Shown: positions 13,862 through 27,639 of the stretch, one piece after another
Layout of the letters: each line of letters opens with the position of its first letter
How positions within the stretch are numbered: the stretch's first letter is position 1
Program-made: the position numbers and the translations under genes
The notes under the pieces: generated by a model
What the model was told of the DNA's origin: nothing
What the model saw: the letters and a program-made list of their open reading frames with translations, nothing else
The model's database searches: none
From: Lepidodermella squamata
Lineage: Eukaryota; Animalia; Gastrotricha
Direction: 5' to 3'
Length of the DNA: 64,000 nucleotides
Assembly (NCBI GenBank): GCA_047495785.1
Contig: JBLDXI010000015.1
Location: 496,001 to 560,000 of the forward strand

Positions 13862-14607
13862 AATTTTATTATCTGAGTTTGAACTGCTGTTTTGGTCGCT
13901 TTTAAAGGTTTTTATGAATAAGTTCGAGGACAATACGCGCTTCTACTTATCGTCTTACTTATCATCTCACACCGATTCATTTATTGAAAGGGCAGCTAGC
14001 ACAGATAAGGAGTTAAGCGGAAAATTGTTTCTCTGCTGTTACCCCTGGTCAGATAAGTTTTCTGCTTATTTTTGCGACTGGGAAGTTGTGAATAAAGCAC
14101 TTGGAGGCGTGATTCATCCCAGTGAATAACTCCAACCTACTCGCGATATCATTTGGATATCACATCGCCGTGTGGGCGGTGGAACGACTTTTCCAGAATA
14201 GACACTAATGGCGTAAAATTAGTCTTTGCATCTCGGCCAAGTCAGTAGCGCGCCCAAATAGCGGCGCGTCAGTTTTTTCTGTTCATAAAACCAGAGACTT
14301 TGATACACTCTTAGCCATATCACGGGTAAAGTGTAAAGAAAAAGCACGCATCACGCAGGCGTGACGGCTAGAAACGGCATTTAGCCGTGGTTACTCGTTA
14401 CTCGTCACGCATTTTGGCTGCTAAAATTGTCGATTCTCAACTATCCGTTGCAAGGCGTCATATTTCTTGACAATCGAACGGCTTGTCTACGCGTCACGGG
14501 TAAAAGGCGCGTCACAAGCCGTTACAAGCCGTCTCTATCCGTTGCTTGAAATTTTTCCAAAATCACGCGTTACTTGCCGTCACTCATAATTTATTATTCG
14601 TTACATA

Positions 14608-14825
14608 GCGTGAGCAAGCCATTAGAAGGCGTCAGGGGCTAATATTATCCATATAGGGTACCAATCCACCTTGAAATCTGGTACCAAGACTGTTACCTGC
14701 TGACTTTAAGACATGAAAGTCGAAACTTCCAAGTCTCAGAAGTAGCTGAAACCAGATATCAAGTTTGATTGGTACCCTATATGGATAATATTAGCCCATA
14801 ACGCCTTCTAATGGCTTGCTCACGC
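14608..14825. repeat. Inverted repeat (~58-bp arms), probable MITE ends
   Basis: GCGTGAGCAAGCCATTAGAAGGCG..ATATAGGGTACCAATC (14608-14665) recurs inverted at ~14767-14825. Confidence 0.6.
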
Positions 14826-14964
14826 AGAATTGACAAGACATTTTCAGCATAATTAGAGTAATTTAGACATTCGAGAAAGAGTCATCTTAGCACAAATTTT
14901 AGCACAACAGCACAACATCAAATGTTAGACTTAACTTGTCATAATTTAGTTCACATATTATGAC

Positions 14965-15234
14965 GACGGTTCGAATCCTCATAAATTAGCATTTTTTTTG
15001 CTCCGCATTTGATTTTTCATATTTTTTTGTTAATTTTCCATTTAAATTATTCCATACTAACACCACGTATGCCAGACATTTTTTTTTCGGGAGACGTTTA
15101 TAAGTTGCTCAGCAATAAAACTCTCAGAAAAAACAAAGAAACTAATTAAAAATTATTAAAATGGATAATCCATTTTAATTTACAAGTGCAGGGGGGAGTT
15201 TTTTTCCCGCGCCCATTTTGCCCCAATTTACAGT
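14965..15234. mobile_element. 3' part of a MITE family also present at 43359-44057
   Basis: About 210 bp near-identical to 43856-44057; ends CATTTTGCCCCAATTTACAGTA, the inverse of TACCGTCATTTGGGGCAAAATG at 43357. Confidence 0.65.
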
Positions 15235-16354
15235 AGCGCCTAATCGGACGAAGTTTGCGTTGTCAAGCTTCAAGCTCGTAGTGAGTCGCCGAAGAAAACT
15301 ACATTCGAGTTGACAATAAATTGTGCAATGTCAGTTCACGATGCAAAACAAAAATACGCAGTTTCTAGGCCATCGATAATAATTTGGAATTACATAAACA
15401 TTCCTTCTTAAAAAACTCGCAAATGCAAAAAACTTCTTAAAAAACAACTTTTTTCAGAAATTTTTTGCATTGAGTTTCCTCTCTGATTAAACTGATCTCC
15501 TATGATTCCTACTCATATTATGTCATAGAAATATCGCATGAGCATGGGTACTAACACTATATTTTTGAGCGAATGCTATATTTGTATGATATAACATGAG
15601 TAGGAATCTATATTTGAGTGAAGCACGAAATATAGATCGAGTAAAACGAATGAAACGAGTGAAATCGAGGCGGAACGAGCCGGCAGGCGAGTGGAGACGA
15701 GATTTCACGAGGTGAATGAGTTCGGGAACCAACACGTGCTGTATAATTATCGCTCTATAGAGAAGGCCTTTGCGGATAGTTCATTCAAAGTCTAGCATGT
15801 CTTTCAGTTAATAACTCTTAATAACTCGGAATATCCCATCAGCAGCGTGTAGAAAAGCAACAAAAGAAAACAATATTATACGTATAATTTGCAAAACAGC
15901 TGTTTATTTACTAATTCCAAAATCTCGTCATATTACTCTTGATCGGCATGACACCTGCTGTAGGACGCCGAGGCTGCTCGTTCAGGCTGAAAAACCGCGT
16001 GACAAGAATTTCTGGGGTCTTGCACCACGTTTCTGTCCCAAAACCATCGCTTACGCATTTCTTTAGACGTCTAAAACCCCCTTGCAAATCGAATTTTATT
16101 TGGAATAAAAAATTGAATTGAATTGAATTACATTTAAAAAAAATGAAGTTGAAAACTTTTGGCTCGAAAAATTCAAACTACGCAGGCAAGCGGAACCGGT
16201 CGTAGTCGGCGTTCGTATAAATCACAGTTCCAAGTTCCAGCCTTCCAATTGGGATTGCAATAACACGGCCATTTTGTTCTATAATTAATAGTCCTCCTAA
16301 TCAGTGATCCCCCCCCCCCTGAAAGTCGCACACTGAGAGAGGGCCTTACGGAAA

Positions 16355-18528
16355 TGTGGTGTATGCGCAACAGGACAGAAGGGAAAACTCTCTAGTTTAT
16401 TGCAAGTGACCAGAATCAGAAAGTATCGCATGTACAAATATCACTTAAACCGCGTATTTATAGTCCATCGAAAGATCTAGATTAGAATCTTCCGGAATGT
16501 TGGCCTAGTGCCAGTTTGGCCGGATGCCAAAATCGGTACATTCTCGACACCTTTCCCTCCAAGAAGACATCCATCCTGCAGTTCGACTCCAGGTCTTGTA
16601 ACGACCAACATCGCCCGTTGCCTTACAAACCTCCATAGCCAACGTGCAGCTTGGTTCTTCTGAAATCGCGTCGAACCAATATCGAGCGATTCGCTTGACG
16701 AATGACTCGATTCCAAATCGCCAACTCGTCAAGAATTCACACATACCAGCACCTAGCCATGCCGTGGTAGCTTCATCATTGCCTTGATCAGACTTCAACA
16801 ACGTTCCCAGTGAACGAATCGAACTCGCTTCAACTCGCTGTGAATCTGCACCAAGCGCCTCCTCGCCTTGACCAGAGAACACCAGCGCCCCTGTTGAACG
16901 GATCGAAACCGCTTCCACCCGTTGTGAATCTGCATCAAGCTCCCTGCTAGAAGCATCCACCACTAACCTAGCATCTGCATCGGTCGCTGTAAGCACATTC
17001 CTGGATTCCCTGGACTTGATCGCCGTGACATAACTTCCGTTCCCGCTCGCCCCTGAGCCGAAAGTTCTTACCTGTCTGCAGATCCAATCCCAGTCCAAAT
17101 CCAGCTTGGGAAGCCAATTCCTTCCAACCAAGTTCTCACCTCGACCTGGCACCAGGACAGCGGTTAACAACGACGAAGACATCGAACCTGGGACTCGCAC
17201 GTCAAACGTGGACACGCCCATCGCCTTCCCGTTGCCGAAGATCGTCGTCACATCTACCTTGACATTCGCCTAGTCGAATTCCCGGTTACCGAACTCCTTG
17301 AAGTACGTTGCCTGCGACAGAACCGTAACCTCAGCTCCTGAGTCGTATAGAAATTTCACCGGCTTGCCATCCAACAGCAATGTCAAGTAGATCGGTGGCG
17401 AACCTTCCAGCCAATCCGCTTCGCCTTTAGCCAAGGTCGCGTAGATCTTGAAGTTTTCGCACGACTCGCTCGACTCCCTCGATTCACTCGATGAGCTCGA
17501 CGATCGCCACTTGACTTCCACTGCATGCGCCGCTTTCGCTGATGATCTCTTGCCCTTCTTCTTGTTCGCCTTGTCGTCTCCATCCCGTGACTCCGCCTCC
17601 GAGTCGTTCGGACAGTCCCTGGCCCAATGCCCGACTTCCTTGCACTTCCGGCAGGCCTTGCACTGCTTGGTCGAATGATCTTCACCACCGCAGTTGTCAC
17701 ACAGACGGCTACACTTGCTCGCCTTCTTCCTCCAACCGACTCCATGGACTTCCACGCCATCGCTTACACCGCCCCTGAAGACTTGAGCCGCCTTCTGAGC
17801 CAACTCCAACCTTGTTGCGAGTTCGACTGCCTGCTTGAAGGTCAACTCCTTCTCGGCCATCATGCGTTCCTGGATATACGCGTCGTCGTAACCTGCGACG
17901 AAACAATCCCGCAATCGCGCCTCATCAGGGTCCTTGGCGTCGTCCTTGAAGTTGCAGTTCTTCGCTGTCGCTTGCAGAGCCGCGCCAAACTCGACTGCCG
18001 TCTGTCCAGGCTGTCTTCTGAGTCTGTGAAGCCGTACGCGCTCTGACAATTGTGTCGGTTTCGGATCATAGAAATCCCGAAGCGCCTTGATGCAGTCGGC
18101 CAGCTTGACATCGCCACTCTTGACGTCCTTGCTTCCCAGCAAGTCGATAAGCTTCCGAAAAACATCGACCGACAACGACACGATGAACGCTGCTTTCTTG
18201 TCCTCCTCCTTCGCCAGCTGCTGGTGAGTACAATAGAACTCGAACCGCGTTTCGAAATCGGAGAATTTTTCTCGGCTTGGATCGAACCTTTCGAGCTTCA
18301 TTGCGTCGACCGCTTTGACTGCGTCGCCAATAATGGGGTGTATGCGCAACAGGACAGAAGGGAAAACTCTCTAGTTTATTGCAAGTGACCAGAATCAGAA
18401 AGTATCGCATGTACAAATATCACTTAAATCGCGTATTTATAGTCCATCGAAAGATCTAGATTAGAATCTTCCGGAATGTTGGCCTAGTGCCAGTTTGGCC
18501 GGATGCCAAAATCGGTACATTCTCGACA
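16355..18528 (-). mobile_element. Non-autonomous Ty3/Gypsy-like LTR retroelement, 2174 bp, Gag + protease only
   Basis: 195-bp LTRs at 16355-16549 and 18334-18528 (TG..CA, two mismatches seen); 5-bp TSD GGAAA at 16350-16354 and 18529-18533; PBS-like TGGCGAC just inside the 5' LTR; PPT GGAGGGAAAGG abutting the 3' LTR. Confidence 0.95.
16505..18349 (-). CDS. gag: Gag (two CCHC knuckles) plus aspartic protease, interrupted by one in-frame TAG
   Basis: CDNCGGEDHSTKQC, CRKCKEVGHWARDC, FLYDSGA; after TAG (17270-17272) the same frame continues to NLVGRNWL. No RT, RNase H or integrase motifs seen. Confidence 0.85.
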
Positions 18529-18592
18529 GGAAAGATCATTCGAAGTCTAGCATGTCTTTCAGCTCGGCTACTTTAACTCGGCTACTTCACTA

Positions 18593-19163
18593 CCGTAACG
18601 TGTGGTGATTGTGGACACGGTAACTTTGGACACTTTCGGCTTTGCAGGTGTTTAGCTTTTCAGGGTTGAACGTTTCAATCATGGGGTTTCTTGCATAAAA
18701 TTCTCCGTCTCTTCAGCTTTCGTTTGACATAAAAATTAAGACGATTGGAGCTGAAATCGAATTTCAGAAAAAGTTGCAAGCAGTTAGACTTTGGGTGCCG
18801 TTTTGGGACCCCCCTTCTATCTTTCTAATAATCGATCAGTTTTCAAGTTGGCTGATTCAAGTTGGCATGAGTTTTCGAAATCTGACCCAAGATTAAATGA
18901 AAAACCATGAAAAACAGATAATTCACAATGAAATTGCAATGAAATTGCATATGTTACTGAGTGTCCAAAACTACCCTCTAATTGTCCAAAGTTACCGGAA
19001 CACATATTAATTAGCCAAAGGTCAGGTAAAATTCTCAGTAAATTCGCAGTAAATTCAAGAATCACCGTCCTCACCTTTGGTAAAAATTTCAGACATTTAG
19101 GAGCACAGGCTGATTTTTAATGTTCGATAAACACGTTTTGTCCAAAGTTACCACTCGTTACGG
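18593..19163. mobile_element. Tc1/pogo-type MITE
   Basis: TA|CCGTAACGTGTGGT ... ACCACTCGTTACGG|TA; internal GGTAACTTTGGACA-type repeats. Confidence 0.8.
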
Positions 19164-19949
19164 TATGCTAGAGTTGCGTTTTTTATGGTGTCCGCGGGCT
19201 AATTATATCAATTAACACCAGATGACACACATAACTTGGCTTTTATGCTTTTCATGCAGTCGTTAAACTTTAAATTCAGAAAAATTGAACTACGGGTTAT
19301 TTGACAAGTTTGGATTCAAAATAAATCGCCATTTGACAGCTAAAATTGAGAATTTTCAGTAAATTTTAAAAAATTTCAAAAATCAATACTTCCCTCGATT
19401 TTGCCAACGAAATAAAAAAGGCTTTCCCACGACGTTTGGCTACAAATTGACCGTATGGCACGTCGTCATAAGTTAACGAGGGTCAGATGGCGCTATGTCG
19501 TAAATTAATTACAACCCAGTCAAAAGCCGGTGGGCCCATGGTAGGCCCATGGTAGGCCTTGTCCCTTGGGCCTAAGATGGGCCCATGTTAGGCCCGGCTG
19601 GGCCCTCGTTGGGCCCGAGTATGTCCGTTTTCCTGGACCCAAGAAGGCCCATTTTGGGCCTAAAATAGGCCCAACCCCTATCTTGGGCCCATGGTAGGGT
19701 GTCTCAATAAAAGACGGATTTTCTTGCTTAATATTTCATTTTATTGGCATAGGGCACATTTTAATGGCACATTTATAATTATAATCACAACAAAGGATGA
19801 GAAAGTATTCGGCAAGTTTATAAGTTTGAATTAAGAGTTGAATCGCTTGTGCCCGGCACATTTTAAAATTATAATCACAACAAAGGATGAGAAAGTATTC
19901 GGCAGGTTCATAAGTTCGAATTCAGAGTTGATACGTTCGAATTCACTCG

Positions 19950-21439
19950 TCATTCGTCATCGTGGTTCTCGTCATCGTGGCTCTCGTCATCGTCATCGTC
20001 AACCAGTAGAATCTTCTTCTTGCCGGCTTGGCCCGGCTTCTTTACGGTTTCATATTCCTCGTCATCGCCCCCTTTGACGTCGTCGACCTTCCCCCGCATG
20101 ATCCGCTGCATCTCCCCGACAGCCTTCTTCAGAGTTTCAGCATTTGTTAGCTTGAAGCGCTTGACCGTATGATCTGCCATGTTGAATGAACTTGAAAAAG
20201 CGTTGGTGAAAGCAACAAAATTTACCGAGGATCGCGTTGCACACCGCTTCATCGAGCTTCCACTCAGGCCTTGTTCTTTTGCCGGCCTTATCATTGCCGG
20301 GCTCGCGACCGCCAATCGTCTGCGTGATTAGTTGTTTAGGAGTGAAGTAGATGTTAAATAACCCTTTGCAATAATTCTTCGGATCTTTATGGAGAGTCGC
20401 ATATTCGCTGATGATGTTCTCAAGCTTTTGACGGTCAACGAACTTGCCAAGGAATAAGATCTGCAAGGCATTCGTATAAAATGAAGTAATAATAATAATA
20501 AAAGTACTAAATCGCTCACCTCTCCTTTACCAGGTAGTAGATGTTCATCTACGAAGGACAGCAGCTCGACAGCGAATCCTGAACACTCTCCAGGCAGGTT
20601 TTTTGCCATCTCTTTCAACAGTTTCATTCTAAAGACAAAAACACGAATTGGTGAAACTCAACTAGCAGTAATCACAAACTTCTCAGTGGCGTCGCATTCC
20701 TTCTTCTCTGCTGCTGCGCCGGGTGACAAGTTTTCGCTATTTTCAGCGCTGCTTGATGAACTCCTATGTAGAAATATGCCTAAAACATCATATAACATTT
20801 GAAAATGTGATAACTCACGGCTTAGCTCTAGATTGCGAAGGCGTTTCCTTGCTTTGCGGTGGTGTTGCTTTGCTCTGCGAAGGCGTTGCTTTGCTCTGCG
20901 AAGGCGTAGTGGCAATAGCAGTCCTTGCAAATACAACAAGATTAAACTACTCGAATGCAAAAAAACAGGAAAATCAACTAACATGTTCACAACGGGTTTC
21001 GGAGCAGAAGACGCGCTGTAGAACAGAGAAACCTGAGTGAAATGAATAGCCTGAAACCAAAATTACCTTTGATTCGAATTACTGTTCTTAGGTGCTAGTA
21101 TTTGCGGAGGCAGCTTTAGTGCACCCGTCGGCTTTTCCGGCTTATCGGGGTAAAGGGCAGCTTTTAACGAGTCACAGGCTTCTTCCCCTTCCTTCATCGA
21201 GTTTACTATAATAGAGGATATATAAGTAATACAATAAAAAACCGACAAGTTTTACCGATTCGCGTCAGCTCGCCGAGGTAGTGTTCCGATTCGTGATCGA
21301 CCCAATAAGAACTGAAAATGTCCAACTTGCTAGCCGGTATCATGTGACCATTGTCGTCCAAAATGTTCTTATTCGGGTACGTTCCGAAAGTCCGGCTCTC
21401 TTTAAAATGAAAAACAAACAGTTTTTTCGGCGGTGCCAT
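19950..21439 (-). CDS. BEN-domain protein carried by the CACTA element (about 8 exons)
   Basis: A phase-consistent path through ~50-60-nt introns runs from MAPPKKLF through (TPSQSKA)n to DPKNYCKGLFNIYFTPKQLITQTIGG..KLDEAVCNAILDHTVKRF..LKKAVGEM, which fits the BEN consensus; acidic tail. Confidence 0.7.
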
Positions 21440-21978
21440 TGCGTCTATAAAATTGAAGAAACTGGCAATGAAAGACGTAATGAGAAGGTAGACATTTCAA
21501 AGACCTAGAGTTCAGGAAAAAAATTAATCAGTGATCAGCGAATAACCAGGGCTTTGCAACATAACGAGAGAAAAGTTGAAGTTGAACATCGAAGAAACCG
21601 TTACACATAGGCTGCGAAGAATCGGAAGCCCGCGATTTTTAAACAGCGCAAATTATTGAAGTAAATTATTATTTAATATGAATTTAATAATAAAATACAA
21701 TATTAAATAAAATATTGAAATTTTCAATCTTAAATTTTAAATTTGACGACAAACGCGGCGTGCGCGAGCTGACCTGATCTTACTGTACTTCCAACCGAGG
21801 ATGCACCTGTCGTGACCAGAGGCCCGGAGGTTTCTAAAAGCTTGCTAAACCTGTGGAATATAGCAGTAGATGATATGCCCGCACCCCGTATCTCTGCATT
21901 TTTTAATTACAAATTTCCCTAAAGAATTTGTTGACTTTTTAATTGTTAGGAAAACTTGCTTTTAACTTGTTTCTGGAG

Positions 21979-24636
21979 ATGGGAAGGAAGTCTGTTCATC
22001 AGGTCATCGGAGGTAAACTTTTGACCACTCGATCTGATCGTCGTAAGAAGGATGAGAAGGCTAAAGCTGAGAAGGCTAAGTCTGAGAAGGCTGGGGCTGA
22101 GACGGCGGCTAAAAGAAGGCGTGGAGAAAATCTGGCTGAAGAAGGAGCAAGTTCGTCTAATCAGCCCATTGTCGATGTTGCCGACCCGGAGTCGACGAAT
22201 GAGCTAGAAGTTGCTGAGACAGCTGATGTTCCCATTGCCTCGTAAATCATTAATTGAAAATATTACACTATGAATTATTATGCAAGTTTTTCTCGCTAGA
22301 TCCTCAATTGTGCGCGACAATCCTTATGAAGATGTAACAGCTGCAGGCCTCATGAATTACGAAGAAGATGATGCTGGTCAAGAGTGAGCGAAACCGATTG
22401 ATCGCAAATTTTAGAGTTATAATGCATTATTTCCAGGTTCGAAGTTGGTGGTGACATTGACGGAGATGGTGATCAATACGAAGACGAAGAATTTTTCGAT
22501 GCTGAAGAGGGCGAACCTGATTGGCTTCGTAACATGCGCGATTTGCCGTTCTACTCTGGTTGCCGTGTCAGCGTCGGTGATGTCTTCATTTTGGTGCTAG
22601 CTTTTTGGGTTCGCTACAATTTACCCTGGAAGGCCTTCATCGACTTGCTCAGCATTCTCGACACTATTTCGCCGATGCGTTACTTTGCTGCAACTGTTGG
22701 TTCGATCCCGACGCTGCAGAAAAAATTGTTTCCATCCAAGCCCGAATTGAGTTACTTGAAATTTGCAACCTGCGAATGTAACACGAATGATGGCACTTGG
22801 GATCCAGCTATGGTACCAGCCTATGCCGAGTGCAAGGAATGCCAAAGTGGTGGAATCGGGGTATATATGTACCTCGAAAGTTTCGTTCGGAAAGTGGCGG
22901 CGCTCAAGAAAATTAAAAGTGACACTGAATTGCGACTACGTTGGTTCTTCGATGGCTTTACACCTTACGGCCGCAACACCTGGCTTCTTATTTGCCGATT
23001 CCCAGGCGCGTCAATCAAGTTTTTGGCGATGGCTTGGGTGGGAATTACCCATCCTCCATCATGGGTACTCCGACCATTTGTCCATGATATGACGCGGCTG
23101 TGGAATGTAGGTGTCCGTCTTGCAAACGGCGCCGTTGTGAAAGTTCGTCATGGTGTCGGTATTTTCGATTCTCCTGCCCGCGCTATGGTTTTTGAACAAA
23201 AGGGTCATGGTGGTTACTGGCCTTGTCCATTTTGCTTGATTCCCGGAGTGCGCTGTGGCTCGAAAACGGTCTATCCCAATGGCAGCTACGCGGCTAGAAC
23301 CGATGAAGGTTGGCGCCAGTCGGCCAGGACTGCCACTGAAAGCGGATTGGTTGACGATGGCATTAAAGCTTGGTCCTGCCTGCTCGATATGCCGAATCTT
23401 GATCCGACCAAGGACGCGCCGGTGGAACCTATGCACAATCTCTACCTGGGCATAGTTCGGTATATCCTTCTCTCGTTCTGGCTGAACACCGACAGCGCCT
23501 TCTATATTGCCGACTGGCGTAACATGGATCTGTTCGTAGACAGGGAAGATTCCAAGGGTCCCGCCTCCTTTTTCCTGACATTTCAAAAGAACGATGCGTG
23601 TAACGTGGGCAACTGGAATGCTCAACATTTGATGACGTTCCTGTTGTGCCACGGGCCCATCATACTGAAGGCGTTCTTGGATGTCAAAGGCCGGGCGAGA
23701 GAAGCCAAGCTTTTCGAAAGGCTCAGCAAGATTGCTTGGCTCTGCCTTCATATTGATCCCGATGTTGCTCTCATCAAGCGTGAAAGCAAGTTGTGGTGTG
23801 TTGAGTACGAAAAAATTTTCGGTCTCCAAGCAATGACGTACAACATTCATATTTTCTGCCACATCGGCGAATGTATCGAGCGCCATGGTCCGCCTTGCCT
23901 CTTCTCAGCGTTTCCTTATGAAAGTTTCGTCGGCGTGACTAATCGGTTAGTTAACATTATTTCGTAGCATTTGAAATTTCAAAATGCAAAATCATTAAGC
24001 TGGATTTTTTTTATATATTCTATTCACAGATCTTTGCAAAGTGCCTCAAATTTGGCAGTCCAAATTGCCAATCGCGCAATGGCCGTCAATTTTCTGCATA
24101 GCTTGCCATCTCGGCACGAGTCACCTCTCATGAATCACCTGCTCCACTCGGACTCCAAAGCAACCGCGACTTCTTACTCGTTCCAATTTGACGAAAACCG
24201 AGCTGTTCTATTCGGTCGTGTGACTCTTCGGGACGTACCTGCTAACCCTGCTTTTTCCGCTGATCGTGGAAGGCACTCAACGTGGTCGAAACTTTCTAAG
24301 CGAGTAGATGGCGACCTGTGGCCTGTCTATTTTGCTGACACTGTTGTACATATTCCTGGAATCGAAGGCAAAGATGACAATCATTCGTTTTTTAAAATCA
24401 ACTACTTCTGCCTGGACAAACATTCTTCGAAAATATTTGCCTCCTTGACTGAAGTCAGTGTTCGAAACCACATGAGTGCCATCAAGAAACTTCTTCATCC
24501 GGCGAGAAAATCGTTACCTGAGCTATTTCTGGATGTCTTTGATTTTTCAATTTACCGATGTTTCGAATTCAGTAGCAATGCTGATAAATTTCTAATAAAT
24601 ATTCCTAATCTAGTCGATCTCAGAGACGTTAACTAA
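21979..24636 (+). CDS. EnSpm/CACTA transposase, 4 exons, ~820 aa
   Basis: Exons 21979-22241, 22300-22383, 22437-23945, 24030-24636 (2463 nt, open). Motifs FFDG, FDSPAR, HGGYWPCPFC, EPMHNLYLG, YNIHIFCH..HGP..SAFPYES. Confidence 0.9.
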
Positions 24637-25038
24637 GTTTCTCTTTCAATGTTTGCCAAACGTCAGATTCCCTCTCTGAGAATAGAAATCGTTGGAATTT
24701 TGTGATTTCATTCCGATGAAAATGTATCTTTTCTATAACGTTTGTGCGATTCATGCTGTATTTAGTCCAGAAAAAAGATGAAAGCTTTCGACTGCTAAAA
24801 ATATCCGCGAAAAACACTTCAGTCATTATTAATACTTGCTCATGTCCGCCTTAATATTTTTGCAATTAAGTTGTATGTGCAAATTGGTAGCTATTTGCCT
24901 CATTGAAGATTGATAAGTAACTCTGAGCTGATTTTAATATCAGCTTTTTTCGCCAAAAATGAATGAAAACGGCCGATTGAAAATAATCTCGTATCCCATG
25001 CTCAAATTGCAGACCTTTTCATTTTTAGTGTTTTGAAA

Positions 25039-26580
25039 ATGGCTGCAAAAAGTAGTTTGGATCTGCTTAAACGTGATAGTTTGGACTTGATTGGTTTGGA
25101 CGTTTCTTCTTACGGGAAAAATCGCGAAATCATGCATCACATCTGGTATGAGAAAAATTGATTATTTTAAATTTTTAAATTTTCGATTTTGTTTAGCTTA
25201 GAAACCAGCCATAAATTGATCGCCGATTGGAACTGCAACAAACAGCGAATTAAACAGCGAAAATCAGACGTACAGATGCTGAAGTTGCTGAATTTTCCCC
25301 TTGAAGCGGTGAGTATTTGCTTCGTAGAAATTGTTCAAAAATATTGATATGAATTTCGCGAGAATAAGAGGCCTATTATTTTTTTTGATGTTTTGAGGAA
25401 TATTCAGAAGTTCAAGATTAGAAATATTGAATAGGCCTCTTGAATACGAAACAGATCTAACTAAACAGAAATTATTAGAGAGGGAATCAGGGAATCATCA
25501 GTACAAGCTTTAATTCGAAAAATTCCTTTACTACCCATTGTAGAAGGTGGGAATTTTGCCGAAAGGTAAGGGAAAGGGGTATAGGCTCGAAGCAGGGACG
25601 AACAAATTAATACTACAGAAATTGTAGAAGAAATACGTCGAGCTGCTCTCTGGTTCATTGCTATTATTAGCAGCTCGTTGCGATCACTACCAACTTCCTC
25701 AGTTTTTTCTACGTGAAATGGATCTTTTTGAGTTGAGATATATCATGGCCACTAGAAGTAAAATCATCGTAAACAGCTTTACCTTGGCGTTTAAACAACG
25801 ACGTGTGAAGCGATGGCAGTTCGTGTTCATGGTTAAGGAAGGTTTTATTCTCCCGTGAGGGATTGGCAAAGAGTTTCGCGAGCAATTTGTTTATTTTTGG
25901 ATTCGGCTACAATTTCGCTGGATGATTGTTGATCTCGATATGATGTGTGGCTAGTCATAACGCCCGTTTCTCCTAGCTTAATCTATCGGTTTTGCTCAGT
26001 AGTTATTCCTCAAATTAGCCAGATCGGGCCTGACCTTTCTTCTCAGTGATACAAAGAGCTAATCAAGAAGATTTCAAGAAAGCACCTGGGTCGAGCCACG
26101 GGTCTTTAACTACAAAAGCCTGTAAATAGCCGGGGCCAGCGCGAGTTGATTTTAAGTTTACGAATTCAGGTGATAACATTTGCCGAAAAATTATAAATGG
26201 CGCCTCTCAGGTGAAGTGAAGCACCAGTGCGTGCAGTGCGTACACTCAATCATTTTCATGAAAAAACAAACAGAAAAGAAGAGAATACAGTCAAAATACG
26301 ATAAGTGATAAAACAATTCAGCTTCCGGAGACTTTTGGCTGCTAAATTATAGGCCAGGTGGAAAAAGTCGAGCTTAGGGAGAAATAACCGGAAGATGCAT
26401 CTGATCATCCTCGCTTACAGGCAAATGCCGACGGTCGGCCAAGCCCTTTCGCCATTCGCTGACTAATATGTTCGTGCAGCCCTCGATCCGATATTGCTTC
26501 GAACGAACGTTTTTGAAATACGTAGACCCAGCAGCTTTCATTTCGGGCTACCGAGATAAAACTAGACAGGACATTGGTGG
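25039..26580 (+). CDS. Possible further spliced gene inside the CACTA element, unknown product
   Basis: Exons 25039-25145 and 25197-25308 join in phase (MAAKSSLDLL..LLNFPLEA); an exon-like stretch at ~26421-26576; the middle is not resolved. Confidence 0.35.
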
Positions 26581-26884
26581 TACTATTCTTGCCTTAGTTC
26601 GATTTTATTATCATGACCTCTAATTTCGCGCAAGGGTTCCTTACTCGTGATAATGGCTTCGTTAAAAATACCTTTTTATTTCATTTTAGAGAAAATTGAG
26701 ATGAAGACTTCCACGATAACAAAAGGTTGACTTGATCAATAGTAAGTTTTCCAGCAAATACGGCTGCAAAATAATCGTGCACTATTGTACCCAGAATTCA
26801 GGCGGCGTGCTGACCACGATGGAAACTGGTTCAGTTTTGTTGCATTTTTTATAGAATTTTAACGGCATTCAAAACTGAACACAA

Positions 26885-27639
26885 ATGTCATCAGTCAACC
26901 AGTTTTCCGACGAACCGGAGGTAAGCAATTATAGATATTTGTGTATTCCTTACTCTTCAAGATCCAGGTCAAAAAGCTGCGAAAATCGCCGCCATCACCA
27001 GCATCGGAGCCCTGCCTCACAATAACGCAAAATGCCAGCCGAGAAAACACGAAAGGCCATCACTCAGCTATAGAACGTGAGGTACATCCACCTTAAATAG
27101 TTTGAAAATTGGATAATCTTCATAATCACCGATTTTAGGAAAATCAGAAACCGAAGATGCGTCTCCCCGAAACTCTAACGGCCGCCCCGAAAAACATTTT
27201 TCGCCGGCCGCCGATTCCGCTAACCGATGAACAAATTGCAATTGTTGAGCGAATTGTCGATGAGGTGAGTAATAAAATGAATTGATTAATTTTTTCCAGG
27301 TTTTATCTTTTTTTCCAGGCTGAGGATCGAATCGCCCATCAGATTGAGTACCACCTGGATGATGCTACATCAACGATCGACAGCGCTGCAGAAAATTGCG
27401 TCGACACCTTGCTGGACCAGAACAACTGGCCATTGTTTCGAGATTGTATCATCGCCGAGGTAAAGGGCGATCTCATTACTGCGGTTGCTGCTGAGTTGAA
27501 AGAGGAGGTCCTGCACCAGCTACAGACTCATATTATCCCTAACCTGAGAGAAGATATCTACGAGGAGCTGAAAAGCAACATTCGACAATGGCTGCAGCAG
27601 CTCATCGACGGCCGCCAAACGCGTCGTTATATGCATTAA
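26885..27639 (+). CDS. Four-exon, ~198-aa helical protein of unknown function inside the CACTA element
   Basis: Exons 26885-26920, 26968-27081, 27139-27264, 27319-27639; all phase-0 GT-AG introns of 47-57 nt; open frame. Confidence 0.7.

Noticed and set aside
20658-20990. Arg-rich ORF (LRRAKQR)n
   Set aside because: Alternative frame of the TPSQSKA repeat exon of the BEN-like gene, running through introns.
23059-23886. 275-aa minus-strand ORF
   Set aside because: Antisense to the transposase; no motifs.
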